Source: Macrostomum lignano (Eukaryota). Taken from it: a stretch of 64,000 nt of DNA. Location of the stretch: positions 62,001 through 126,000 of the forward strand of contig NIVC01001946.1 in assembly GCA_002269645.1 (NCBI GenBank), read 5' to 3'. Positions 22,440 to 41,959 of the stretch are shown one piece after another. Each line of letters starts with the position of its first letter. The first letter of the stretch is position 1. The position numbers and the translations under genes were made by a program. Below the pieces are notes generated by a model that was not told where the DNA came from, did not search any database, and worked only from the letters and a program-made list of their open reading frames with translations.

Positions 22440-24385
22440 ATGGACGCAAAAACGGAAATTGGGAAGGCAGCGACGATCATTGTATCCGCTGTGTTGGAGT
22501 TTGCGGATCGAGAGGAGTTTCAACTTGTTGCCGACACAGTTGCCAAACTGGTGAGAAGGCTGCTGCCGCTTGTTGGCAGGGACAAACTACTGGCACGTGT
22601 GATGCATCAACAGGAGACAGTCTTGCTGGTGAGAGTTTCCTTTTGTTCTCGGGGGCGCAGTAGAGATGAAGAGAGAGGAACGGAGAGGCTGAGGAGAAAA
22701 GAAGGAAGAGAGGGAGGCAGAGTTGGAAAGAGGAAGGGAGATAGGAAGGGAGAGAGGAAGGGAGAGAGGAAGGGAGAGAGGAAGGGAGAGAGGAAGGGAG
22801 AGAGGAAGGGAGAGAGGAAGGGAGAGAGGAAGGGAGAGAGGAAGGGAGAGAGGAAGGGAGAGAGGAAGGGATAGAAAAAGGAAGGGAAGGGAGAGAGGAA
22901 GGGATAGAAGGAAGGTAAGGGAGAGAGGAAGGTAGAGAGGAAGGGAGATAAGGAGGGTGAGATCCAAATTAGCCTGGTTCGCTAGTTCGATATGTTAGAT
23001 ACATATGTTCGCTATGTTCGTTATGTTAGATAGGTTCGCTAGTACATGTATGTTAGACAGAACCGAATAAAAACCACAAATTCGACAGGGCCTGCTGCAG
23101 ACTCAGACGCATTCCGGATTTCAACGCTCTCGAGGAGACTGACCTTGGCGGCATCGCCGATGCGATGCGACAGTTAACTGTGCTGCAAAGTGAGTGCAAA
23201 TAGTTCAGTTCATGTTGCATTTGTCTTAATTGGTTGCTTTTTTAGCAGCGGTACATGTACATGTAAATTGGAGAGCTGGGAGAGTTGCATGGAGGATCTT
23301 AATGAGACCCTAGCACACCCACTTCACTCCGGCGTGTCTGATTGGTCAGTGGGCTTTACCCAGCACACTCACCTCACTCCGGCGTGTCTGATTGGTCAGT
23401 GGGCTTTACCCCAGCACACCCACTTCACTCCGGCGTGTCTGATTGGTCAGTGGGCTTTACCCAGCACACTCACCTCACTCCGGCGTGTCTGATTGGTCAG
23501 TGGGCTTTACCCCAGCACACCCACTTCACTCCGGCGTGTCTGATTGGTCAGTGGGCTTTACCCCAGCACACCCACCTCACTCCGGCGTGTCTGATTGGTC
23601 AGTGGGCTTTACCCCAGCACACTCACCTCACTCCGGCGTGTCTGATTGGTCAGAAGGTTTTACTCAGCACTATCTGGGAGAGTCAGTGTAGCTCACTGTA
23701 TAAAGCAACCCCATCCCCACAGACGAAACGCTGACAGGCAGCCCCAGCTCCGCCAAGCGGCTGGTAATTGAAAGCGGCAGCTACCGCCTCGAGACGAGGC
23801 AGCGACAGCCAGACGGCTCCGAGTTGGTGTCCCACGAATACTTCAGCAGCGGCAACTTCGATTTGGCTGGTAACTCCGCCATTTCAGTAACGTCAATAAC
23901 GGCTGGTTCTCTGTGGACGCTGGAGCTCCGATTGATCATGCCGACAGTGCGTCGTCGGCGACGCCAGCTCAGTCTGGCCAGATCGCCAGCTCTAGCCGGT
24001 CTTTCAACCGAGCGTCTGGCGGCCTTGACCAGCGGCTTCCAGATTCTGCAGCCTGGCATGCAGTCGGTTAGACGGCCTATTATTCGTTGTCGACGGTGGC
24101 TGCGTCGATGTACTCGGCGATGACGGCTGTCGGATTAGCCGAGTTGACATCGGCGGTCATTTGGCTGCCGGCGACAAGGGGCCGACGATCGGCAAGCCGA
24201 CGGCTCGACTAGCCGCGGTGGCAGCAGGTGGAGCTCTGGGCAGTGTGAGAGTGGCCAGGGTTAGCGGTACAGCGCTGCTGCGGCTGCTGCTGGAGTGTCC
24301 CGGACTGCTGCACTGCGGCACCGCGGCTTGCGGACCGCAGACCGCCTGTCGGGAGCACTGCGAGGGTTGCCGCTTCCAACTATAA
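22440..24385 (+). CDS. Degenerate PKA type II regulatory subunit-like protein B; join(22440..22628,23057..23189,23723..24385) with a 1-nt frameshift near 24070 (pseudogene or assembly indel)
   Basis: Same exon layout and intron phases as gene A. Aligned segments: ALEETDLGGIADAMRQL vs ELDDTLLNQLANSMRV; ITAGSLWTLE vs ITPGSLWTLD; ARSPALAGLSTERL vs STSPALAGLPSEQL; and after the shift LFVVDGG..ISRVDIGGH vs TFVLDDG..IGRVGRGGH. Confidence 0.7.
22730..22950. repeat. 12-bp purine minisatellite (GGAAGGGAGAGA)
   Basis: Exact periodicity in intron 1 of gene B. Confidence 0.95.
23310..23655. repeat. 50-51-bp tandem repeat, ~7 copies
   Basis: GGCGTGTCTGATTGGTCAG recurs at 23331, 23381, 23432, etc.; intron 2 of gene B. 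Confidence 0.95.
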
Positions 24386-24409
24386 CCATATTATTGATGT
24401 TTAAATATT

Positions 24410-24785
24410 ACTGGAATCCAGCCTATTAGTGTTTGGAATCCAGCTTGCTAGTGTTTGGAATCCAGCTTGCTAGTGTTTGGAATCCAGCTTATCAGTGTTT
24501 GGAATACAGCTTATCAGTGTGGAATCCAGCTTGATATTGCGTGGAATCCAGCTTATCAGTCTGTGGAATCCAGCTTGTTATTGTGTGGAATCCAGCTTAT
24601 TAGTGTTTGGAAACCAGCTTGCTAGTGTTTGGAATCCAGCTTATCAGTGTTTGGAATACAGCTTATCAGTGTTTGGAATACAGCTTATCAGTGTGGAATC
24701 CAGCTTGATATTGCGTGGAATCCAGCTTTTCAGTGTGTGGAGTCCAGCTTATTGGTGTTTGGAATCCAGCTTAACTGCGAGTGGA
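24410..24785. repeat. Degenerate ~22-bp minisatellite (GGAATCCAGCTTATCAGTGTTT)
   Basis: Recurring GGAATCCAGCTT core. Confidence 0.92.
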
Positions 24786-25397
24786 ATCCTGACATTTTTT
24801 AACGCAGAGTTTTGAAATTTTAAAATTAACAGCTCTTGTACCTCGCTTATTCGCTACCATGAATATTTTTCAAATAATTACTGACTATCGGACACAAAAG
24901 AATTCGCCTACTAACCAGTAGAAAGTTACGTATTTTAAGCAAAAAAAATTTAGTCCAGAAAAAAAACAAGTTAGTAAATTTCATTTTTACTTCAAAAACA
25001 CAAAAACCAACCAGAAAAACGCGGACACACGAATAGGATATCAATTCCATTTTGCGAGTATATTGATGATAAGTTGTTAATTTGAAAAATAAATGGTGAA
25101 ATTCATAATTAAATGATCAGATATTCAAGCAGAGTTGGTATCCGCAGTAGCAGAAGTGAATTAATAACATTAAATAAAATTTGCTTTGATAAATAATAAA
25201 GGCTAACAAAAGTGCTTGGTTCCATAGATGAAAAAAGACCAAGAAACGCAGGAATATAGTGAGGTGTTTATTAACGAGACAGATTCAAGCAGATGGCTGC
25301 ATAAGCACAAAGATCTTATGGCGGAAAAAAATCAATGCAATTGTAAATTTGTTTAACACAAAAACCGCTTACCGACGCAATAAATCATACACGGAAC

Positions 25398-26065
25398 CGC
25401 GACTCACTGAAGCATTTGGGGGCAGAGAGGGCGGCTCACTGAAGCATTTGGGGGCAGAGAGGGCGGCTCACTGAAGCATTTAGGGGCGGAAGGGGCGACT
25501 CACTGAAGCATTTGGGGCAGAGAGGGCGGCTCACTGAAGCATTTGGGGGCAGAGAGGGCGGCTCACTGAAGCATTTAGGGGCGGAAGGGGCGACTCACTG
25601 AAGCATTTGGGGGCAGAGAGGGCGGCTCACTGAAGTAACTTGAATGGGGGGCGGCTCACTGAAGTATCTAGGGCGGAGGGGGCGGAAAGGGCGGCTCACT
25701 GAAGTATCTAGGACGGAGGGGGCGGCTTACTGAAGTATCTAGGGCGGAGGGGGCGGAAAGGGCGGCTCACTGAAGTATCTAGGGCGGAGGGGGCGGAAAG
25801 GGCGGCTCACTGAAGTATCTAGGGCGGAGGGGGCGGCTCACTGAAGTATCTAGGGCGGAGGGGCGGCTCACTGAAGTGTCTAGGGCGGGGGGCGGCTCAC
25901 TGAAGTATCTAGGGCGGGGGGCGGCTTACTGAAGTATCTAGGGCGGAGGGGGCGGCTCACTGAAGTATCTAGGGCGGAGGGGCGGTTCACTGAAGTGTCT
26001 AGGGCGGGGGCGGCTCACTGAAGTGTCTAGAGTGGGGGGCGGAAAGGGCGGCTCACAGAAGTATC
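25398..26065. repeat. G-rich minisatellite with GGCGGCTCACTGAAG core (~30-40-bp units)
   Basis: Recurring core; the unit changes from GCATTT to GTATCT variants along the array. Confidence 0.92.
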
Positions 26066-26404
26066 TGCGGCACCAAAGCAAAGAAAGCAAAACATCAAGC
26101 TGGAAAATTGCAAGCCAGATTTGAACACGCAAATTTGTGCTGAATATGAGAATATACGGCACCAATTTTTATAACTCTTAGTTATGCAAACGAAATACAT
26201 TTATTCTGAGCAAAGTCAGCTAAACTCACGACAGCAAAATAAGATTAAAAATTGAAACACAAGATGGAATTATGCTAGGAAAATTTCAATTCGCCAAGCC
26301 ATTGAAGCCAGCGTGAAAGCCATTAAGTTAAGAAAACGATACATAAATTTCTTTGAAAAATTTTTTAGATTATATTATTATAAAGTAGCTTACTATTAGT
26401 CGCT

Positions 26405-26680
26405 TGAACCGAAATATACGCATACAAAATAACTTTTACCAGTCATGCGCGCAATAAGCCTACTATCAGTAGCTTAAGCCGAAATATACGCATACAAAAT
26501 AACTTTTACCAGTCATGCGCGCAATAAGCCTACTATCAGTAGCTTAAGCCGAAATATACGCATACAAAATAACTTTTACCAGTCATGCGCGCAATAAGCC
26601 TACTATCAGTAGCCTAAATGCATACGGACATAACAAATTCTACTAGCCATGCGCCCAATAAGCCTACTATCAGTAGTTTC
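26405..26680. repeat. 70-bp tandem repeat, ~3.5 copies
   Basis: GAAATATACG at 26411, 26481, 26551. Confidence 0.92.
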
Positions 26681-26747
26681 AACGCGTTAGTGCATTTTTT
26701 AGAATATTAGACTCAGTCAATTATTTAGATACCAGTCCATATGGTTA

Positions 26748-33186
<6,439 letters not shown>

Positions 33187-33831
33187 TTATAATATTTTTA
33201 AAAAAAACTTTAAATTTGAGGCTTTAATAACATTTTCTAAAAATTTGTTTGTTTTCTTTAAATAATAATACAAAATTATCTTAAGAAATAATGACTAAGG
33301 TGTTTAAATTAGAAATCAATGCTCATAGGGAGAGATTACTAATATGTTAAGACTATGAGGGGATTGTTGAAACTGTGGCTCATGTGGAGAGGAATTGTTA
33401 AGATGACAAGTGTGTGTGGTTTTGGCATAGGAAATTTGCGCACCCACAAAGGGTCCATTGGCCTTAAATAAACTAATAGTAGTAAATACTACATAATAAA
33501 GCTGATGAAAATTCTAAATTTAAATTAAAAAAACAAAATTACTTTTTTTCATAGGCCTAATCAAATATTAATAAGAAAAAATTAAAACTGATTTAAAATT
33601 AAGAATCTAAAAAACTAAAATTCAAATTTCTTACTAAAATTAATAAGGCCAATTGGGTCATTCCACAATAGGGTCCCATCATGTTTTTGAACTTTAAGCA
33701 CTTGTAACTTTTGAACCATAATAGATAGAACAAAGCTGCAAAAAGCAATCTGTATCAAATTTCTAGTTATATATTTTACACATAGCTGCTTATGAATTCT
33801 AAAACAAGTGAACACATATCAGAGCATAAAC

Positions 33832-34239
33832 TAGAGGTTGGACGAGCAGAAAATTTTGGTCGGGCGTGAAATTTTGTGAAATTTTCAAAGTCGGGCGTGA
33901 TTGTGATTGTGATCGTGAATTTATATTTGCATACACGTATTTTGAGCTTGTAAGTTACAAGTGTTGAAAATAACATAACAAGAAAAGAAATATTTATAAA
34001 TTGATAATAGCTACTCAGTAATGCTGTCAAGTCAACAAATTTAAAATTTATTACTCTTTTACACATTTGTGTTCACATATTTTGGTAAACCAAGTAGAAA
34101 AGTTATACTTCTAATAAAAATGTAATAAAGTGGAAATTCACAACTGTTGTGAATGGGTTTCAAGAAAATCATGATTGTGAAAAAAATGGTCATGAATTCA
34201 CAAAATTGTGATAACGATCGTGATCACGTCTGACCCCTA
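33832..34239. mobile_element. Non-autonomous hAT-type element (MITE), 408 bp
   Basis: 8-bp TSD GCATAAAC at 33824-33831 and 34240-34247; imperfect TIRs TAGAGGTTGGACG / TAGGGGTCAGACG; no coding capacity. Confidence 0.85.
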
Positions 34240-34688
34240 GCATAAACTATGCTGATGGTTGTCTGGTAAAAAAAATTCCCCAATAGTCTATCTTTTCCAA
34301 ACAGAATTCTTGGATCCACCACTGGTTGGCAATGGTTATTTTTAGACTTTCTAGTCTTATGCCAATAATGATAATATTAGGCCTATCTACATACCCCCAG
34401 GATATAATTTATACCTAAGCATACAAAACAAAAAATTTGACCAATAAAGGCATATAGAACAGTGGATTTTTTGCCAGATGTCTATAGATTTGGATTTCTA
34501 TAAGCATATTTTGATCAAACACAATTTTTTTATTAAAGGTCATGCAGTTTAGTGCACATGGCTGAGTCCTAAGGCACCTCTTTGCCATATAGAAAACCTA
34601 AATGTACAAGTGTACATGCATGTACAGCAGTAGTATCAATTGACAGTACTTTTGTTCTAATGTAATTTTTTCTGCAATGCGCTTAGCT

Positions 34689-34915
34689 GGGTCCTAGTCA
34701 TTTCGTCAATTGGCGTTTCATCAACTGGCCATTTCGTCAACTTGGTTTTATCACTGGTCATTTCATCAACTAGCCAATGAAGCAATCTCAAACCTTGGTC
34801 ACTTTGTCAACTAGCCAACAGGAAGTGTTCCAACATTGGTCACTTCGTCAACTGCCAATAAACTACCCCCGCAGCCGCAAAAAAAGTAAAACTGAACCCT
34901 GAAATGACTAAGTCA
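34689..34915. mobile_element. Short MITE-like element related to the one at 11.1-11.5 kb
   Basis: Same CATTTCGTCAAC subterminal repeats; ends TAGTCATTTC / GAAATGACTA are inverted copies. Confidence 0.5.
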
Positions 34916-35269
34916 ACAGGCTAATTAATATTCATACACTTTTGCAACATCTGCCAGCTTTCAATTGATGCGTCTCTGTTATACGCTTGTACATGCACTA
35001 ACAAAATATAATGCGCTCATGTGTTTGAAACGTATGCAGCATGACGGGGTTGACATCCTGTGTTACACATTTGTATATGCTAAATTTTGAGTGCAGAAGT
35101 TAAGAAGTAGTACATGTAGTTGAGGAGTACCTGGACCAAATAGATAACGCTTAAAGTGGCTAGGTCCTGTATTTGCAAAACATACATATAGAAAGCATTC
35201 CAAATCAAGCCATTACATACATGAATGTGGTCATGTATGACTGCGCAGCATGTCACTTGGATGGAACAA

Positions 35270-35480
35270 GTCAGTGCAGTGATACAAAAGCCACATTGGT
35301 CACTCGCATAGGCGATCTTGAAGGGGGCACACAGCAGGCCAGCATGCGCCGCGTCAACTTGTTGCTTGACAGTGTACAGCAGAATGGTCTCGATCACCAC
35401 CTCGCCTGGAACAATGCTGCTCTCAAGCGGTCAGCTGTACATTAAGCTGGCCTCGCGGACTGCAGGACTCCCCAGACTAC
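35270..35480 (-). mobile_element. Small decayed fragment of the same RTE-like LINE family
   Basis: Minus-strand VIETILLY..QQVDAAHAGLLCAPFK matches VIETVLSY..EQVDAVHAGLLRAAFK of the 21-kb copy. Confidence 0.75.
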
Positions 35481-38259
35481 ATGTAAATGTACTGCTGTAG
35501 CTCAAGCCAGTAGTGTCGGAACATATTTCAGAGTGGGGGGCTATTTGATGGGAGGGCACATTGCACATAATTTCTTCTAATCTAAGGGCACCCAAACTCC
35601 TGCTGTTATATCAGTTTGTGGCATTATGATATAACTAGGGCCAATATTCAATTCTGTGTTGGAGTAGCCAAAAGTTTAAAAATGCTCAAATTTTCAACTA
35701 ATTCAAACATGGCGCAACTGTACTGCACTCATTTCAAGGACTGCGCTTAAGTGACTTCAGTGGTCCAATTGACTAGGGTGCCAGTGCCATGATTGAGTTT
35801 GCCAAAGATGTCGATCTGTATCTTGCTCCACAGCTAGTGGGATAGCCACCTTGTTGGGGTCAGCATGCAGCACCTTTGGCGGCTTGAAAGATTTCTTGCT
35901 CATGGCGCAGGGCTTGCAAAACATGGCCAAGTCTTGTGCAGCTATATGAGAAGGAATACATGAATCAAGAGCCCACCACTATGGTACTGCACCCCCAATA
36001 TCGCCGATTGGTTTGCGCGTCTGCCTGTGCCTTTGCATCTGTCTGCTCATGTCTACTTGTGCCTTCTTATAGTGCATTGTACATTTAGTGTTAAGCATGA
36101 CAGGTGTGAAATACCTTATACATGTATGGCATGATTGATCGATGAGTGTGCCTGAATTGTGCGTAATTATATACTCTGATCAAGAGCATTACCAGATATC
36201 AAGATTTGCTGCTGCGGCTTCAGTTGGCTGTGCACAGCGGGATGGAGGGGTTGGAAGGCACACACAGTCCACCAATTTTTAGGACTCCATATATAGGGGA
36301 CTTTATAGCATCCTCAATGCATTTTGATAGGAAAAATGCCCATGTTATGTAGTTGCATGTATGATTGCATAATACACAAATGGTAGTTATAGTGGTGGCC
36401 AATAGTGTTGGCCATATTGCAAATGTAGTATATACCAAAAATTTTCAGCATACAAATGCTTTAACTAGCTTACATCTAGCATACAAATGCTTTACCTGGT
36501 GTACTTCTAGCATAAAAGGAGGAAATATAACCTTCAAGCACAATCATTAGTTTATAATTCTTAACTATACTTGTTTAAGCTTTCAAGGCAGGGTACAAAA
36601 GCATCAAAGTAAATTACATCATTGTATAAATTATGCTTAATAATGTTTTCATTGTAAAAAAAGTTAATTTGCAAAATCATGCCAATGAATTAGATTTTCA
36701 AACAATATCCTAAAATTTTCTATAGTTTCCAATAAGAAGTATATTTTAATCAATAATGGACATAACTATTTTTTACTAATTATTTTTGTTTTTTTAAGTG
36801 ATGCTATTCACATATTTTTATTGGCATACAATTTACTAGAATGCTTAGGCCTAATTGGCATACTTTATTAGTGTATACTTTACTAGATAGCCAGATACTT
36901 TCTGGTATACATACCACAATCTGCAAGAGTGGTAGAATGCCAAAAAAACTTTAAAAGAGGCTCTGTTGTGCAAAACATGCCAAAAAACTTTTTTGACTCC
37001 TTGCTATACACTGTGCACATGGTACTAGACTGCCTGGGACCTTATTCGTTGCATGCAAGAATTTTTTCTACAAAATAGGCCTAGCATTTTTGAATTTTGG
37101 GAATATAGACTAAAACAACTAGGCCTATTTGTCACTGAAACCTTTATCACCAAAACAAATTTTCACCAAAATGACTGGTACCTAATCAGTTGGCCTAGTC
37201 AAAGACCCAACCCAGTCTCTATAGCTTTGCCTAGTAGGTCAAAAGGGATATGGATATTTTTAAAAATTCCCTATATGATTAGAAACCAAAATGTGGTTAC
37301 AATTAAGGGCTAACAAAGCTTATTTTTCAATTATTATTAAATCCTGGCTCATTTTCTATTTTTGTTTCTATTTCTACTTATAAGTTAGGCACCAAAATCC
37401 TAAACACCATAAAGCACAGCAAAGGCATAAAAGGGATCTAGAAACCTTGTTAACAAATACGAAGAGCTTGTGTGCACTGCAGCCGTCTACCTAGTGTTTA
37501 AATTGCATGCATGGCAGCTGAACCTTTAAAACTTATTAAATGGTATATCATATATATTGTTTGAATTATTGGAAATAAAAAAATTGAATTAACAAATAAT
37601 AGCTAGGCCTATAAATTGAGATTATATTGTACACAGGATACAACAAATAACATATATGCGCAATAGTCAGCCAATCCAGCCGACCAATTTGGCAGCCAAA
37701 TAAGGAAGTTGCAAAAATGCCCACCCAAAGAAACCCAAGTAGTAGTACTAAGTAGCTGATCAGGCATTTTGACTTAATAAGACAGTCATAGTTACTCCTG
37801 CCATTTACCCAAAGTAGTGTTAATTTTGCTTTACATTACTTACGCTAGGGTTTTTTTACATGTAAGTTGCATTTTTGGTCAAAAACTACATTGCATTTCT
37901 GTTAAAACTAAGTTGCATGGCTGACTGAATTTTGGAGGTTGCGCATGTATGACAAGTAATAAACTATTAAATAAGTTCAGTGAGAAACAATGTGCAGATT
38001 TGAGGGAAAGGGTACAATGTGGTATTAGCTATATTGCCCATTTGCCAGCTGCCATGCACACAATTAAAATGCTAGGTAGACGGCTAGTCAGCTACCAAGC
38101 ATGCAATTTGAACACTATGTGGATAGCTGCCATGCAGGCAAGCTCTCCATAAAAAATAACAGTTTTATTTATTCATTTGTTTAGTAGGTCTAGCTTATCT
38201 TGATACTTTGCAACTTAATTAGGTTATATTTATTATAGAAAAGAAAAATTCACACCTAC

Positions 38260-38397
38260 CTCAACTGACTTATAGTCAATTATATCATCTATGGGCCTTG
38301 AACAATCTGGAGACTCTGAAGTCTTTTTGTGAGGCTGAACACTGACACTGATAATTTCCTTTTGCAGCAAAGATATTGGGCGATACTGCTGCAGCAT
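38260..38397 (-). CDS. Candidate upstream coding exon of S6K (MLQQYRPISLL...DYKSVE)
   Basis: ATG-initiated 46-codon frame ending at donor GAG|GTAGGT, phase 0 like the acceptor at 33135. No homology support. Confidence 0.35.
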
Positions 38398-39599
38398 GGT
38401 TAGCAGTTAGCAGGTAAAAGGCCTAGTAAAAATACTAGGACTCGACCAAGTTATATTCACAAATTTAGTTAGAATTTAATATAGTTCAGCTTCAGTTCAA
38501 GATTCCAAGTTTTATGAATGTAATGAGAACTGCGACAAAGTTAGTTCCTATATATTAGGCGTAAACGCTAGCACTTAAAGACAAAAAACGAACTAGAAAA
38601 GTATAACGCGTGATGTAAGTAAGAAACCAAGGCACACAGAAAGACAGCAAATATTCTATTCGATTTGACTATGACGTTCGGCTGTTAGTTCTTATTCTCG
38701 TGCGTCATATAATTTCACGCGAGATGAACTTCATTTTAAAACTATTACAGGAAAAAAGTAAACATAACAAATGAATAAAATCAGGCTTTTTTGTGTAGCT
38801 TTTTATATTTTCTTTTATTAGTTGACTGTATAAAAATATTTTTGATACAAAATGTTTGAAAACATGTTAAATAGTAATAATTTCGTTAACTTTCATCATC
38901 AGCCTAGTCAAGTTCATTCAGTGGTTCAGGTCAGGTCCAGGACCAGTGTACCACCGCACGCGCAGCGTGGACGGAATAGGCCCTATCTGTTATTACGGTA
39001 TACAACTTATTACGTATACTATCCTATGTAGGCCTCAAAGACCACTAGGAACACTTCGTTATATAAGGTCGTAACACTCGATTCGTGTAAAAATAGTTGA
39101 AGGCCGATTTTCGTTCTCGTATACATTAGTGAGATAGACGAATTGCTGCATGATTTTCAACATAATGTGCTTTTTGAGAAAGCGTAGGGCTAGGCCTACT
39201 AATTTCTGTAATTTTGCAGTGTGTAACCAGAAACACTTAGCTAAATTATATATTATTTCGTCCGTGGTTTAGGCCTAGTCATATTATTAGGTTATTTACC
39301 GTTTTTACATTGACTTGACTAGGACAAACCTAGTAATAAAAATAAATTATACTTTATAGGCCTAGATCTATTTGATTTCTAGCTATTCATAACCCTAACT
39401 GCCTTAACTAACTTATGCCTATTGTGTTTTTATTTTTTATGTATTTAGCCTAAATATTAAGAACTAAGAAGCTTATTGCCTATTGGGCTAGGCCTATATT
39501 TAGTTTAGTTGTTGCCTTATTAGGTAGGCCCTATGGAATGTTACTATAAATGTCACTGGCTTTAGTGGGCTAGTGGGAGGGAGGGAGTTCATTTTTATG

Positions 39600-40365
39600 G
39601 AGAGGATTTCGATGGATTTGGCACATTAAATGAGTCAGAGAAGAGAAAGTATAGAGAAAAGTGAACAAATAGAGGAGAGATGATAGAAAAGAGAGTAGAT
39701 ATGAGAGAGGACAGATTAGAGATAACAGATGGGAGAGAAGAGGAGAGTAAGGTAGGAATGAAGAGGCAAAGAGAAGAGAAGAGGAGAGAGGAGTTATGAG
39801 ATAGCAGAGAGGAGACAGGAGTGATGAGAGAAGAAAGGAGGGATAAGAGCATACAGCTGAAATAAAAGAGAGGAGAGAGATGAAAGATCAGAGATGAGAG
39901 AGTTAAGAGAAGAAAGTAGTGAGGAGAAAGAAAGAGGGTAAAGATAAGAGTGCAGAGAGGACAGAGGAAAGATGCGATGAGAAAAGATATGATTGAGAAA
40001 ATAAAAGAGAGAAGAGATTAGAGAAGAGAAGAGACAAAGGGGAGAAGATAGAATCGAGATGGTAGAAAGGAAGCAAGAAAGATGGGAGATAAGAAAGGAG
40101 AGGGTATACAAGATATGATAAACAAGAGCAGAGAGGAGAGAGAAAAGAGAAGAGAGAGGGTATAGGAGAGACAATAGATAAGTGAGTAGATATGAGATAT
40201 GAGAGAGGAGAGAAGAGAGGAGAAATAAGAGAGAAGAGAGGAAACAGGAGACAGGAGAGGGTACAGATGAAACACGAGGGAGAAGAGATAAATAAAGAGG
40301 TAGAGAGGAGGAAGGAGAAGAGAGTAACAGCGAGAGTGCAGAGAAAAGACATGAGAGTCTGAGTC
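39600..40365. repeat. GA-rich low-complexity tract
   Basis: Strong purine bias on the plus strand; the Leu/Ser-rich minus-strand ORFs are by-products. Confidence 0.9.
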
Positions 40366-40464
40366 TGGACAATGGAAGTCAGTTTTTGCAAACAGGGAAA
40401 ACAAGATATGGTATTTGAAAGGCTTTACAGAGGATTTTAAGACGATTTAGAATATGGGATTCAA

Positions 40465-40710
40465 GACAACTTAGTTTCTCTCAATTGCGACTTAGTTCTT
40501 CTCGATTGCAACTTAGTTCCTCTCGATTGCGACTTAGTTCTTCCTGATTGCAACTTAGTTCCTCTCGATTGCAACTTAGTTCCTCTCAATTGCAACTTAG
40601 TTCCTCTCGATTGCGACTTAGTTCCTCCCAATTGCGACTTAGTTCCACTCGATTGCGACTTAGTTCCTCTCAATTGCAACTTAGTTCCTCCTGATTATGA
40701 CTTAGCAACT
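40465..40710. repeat. 21-bp minisatellite (CTTAGTTCCTCTCGATTGCAA)
   Basis: CTTAG at 40491, 40512, 40533, etc. Confidence 0.94.
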
Positions 40711-41959
40711 TAATTTCACTTTGTAAATGAATTTTCTTGCCTTTTTCTCTTTCTTTCTCCTCTTTCCCCTTCTCTCTCTCCCCTCCTTTCTTTTCTTTTC
40801 TCTTCCCCTCATTTCTTTCTTTTCCCAATTTTTCGTTTTTTGCATTTTCGATTTTGCAACTTACCTTGGCCAGCAGCCATTTCACCTGTCCGGTTTGGAC
40901 AAGTTGGACGGGTGTTAGGCATGTATGATTAACTATAAAAATAATTGTTATGGCATTTTGTTATTTATATGGTCAACGTAACAATAACAACTGCCTATTA
41001 TGACTTTGTCTTCATTTAGGAATTATCTTGTTATCCTGGCCATGTGAACCAAGGTTCTATAGTCTATCCTACTACCACAGCTGAGCCCACATCCCACATA
41101 TAGATATAATTGCTATTTGGAAACTGCTTGGCAAGCCACAATAGATTATATATTTGCAGCAACTATTAGTATAGGCCTATAGCAGCTGTGACTTTTTGGC
41201 CAATTAGCATAAAGATTGATAGCATCTAATATCTAAGAAGACAATGCTGAGAAACATAACAGCTTAAGCTATTGCATGCTTCATGGTAATGATGCTAGCA
41301 ACCTTGGGACTAGTGTCATCTTGGCAGATAAAAGGATTCTATCATTGCAATGGTTGCATATTAAGTAAACTGTGAACAGCTAAAAATTAAAATGTCTATG
41401 TGTATGTGTGTATGTGTGAGATAGATTCCAGAAAAAATGGCTCAACCGATTTTCATTAAACTTGCATCATTCGATCAGAAATTTTCCTGGGACGGTATAT
41501 GCATCCTGGCTAAGAAATTGCTCAATGTTAAAGGGACTAAATATTCTAAAAATATGCTTTTTTGCAAAGGTCAAGCAAAACTTTCAACCTGAAATGCATT
41601 GTAAAAATGCTAGAGAAAAACCTGACTGAATTTCAATTCTGATAAAGATTGCATCACAACAGGTTGAAAATGGTGTCAAAGAAATGCACACCCGACTTGA
41701 TTGAAATTGCGTAACCATATTGCTAACTTAAATTGGGACTGATACTGGCTGACTGAGAAATTGATTATGTTATACTTTTTTACTCTTACTGATTTGCTGT
41801 AAGAATTGAATTATAAGGGCAACAGTTCATGTTCTCCAATTGAAAAGAGATAGCCTAGATGCGAACAGACTGGACTGCTAATGTAGCGACCTGGGTTTGA
41901 ATCTAAGTAGTGCAAAATGATTTTTTTATTAAAACACATTAAAAACAAAATGCTAAGCA

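Noticed and set aside
35480-36300. Possible decayed hAT element starting CAGTAGTGTCGGAAC
   Set aside because: I could not find the matching inverted end, a TSD or a convincing transposase remnant.
39595-40404. Hydrophobic Leu/Ser-rich minus-strand ORFs resembling membrane proteins
   Set aside because: Translation of a CT-rich low-complexity tract.
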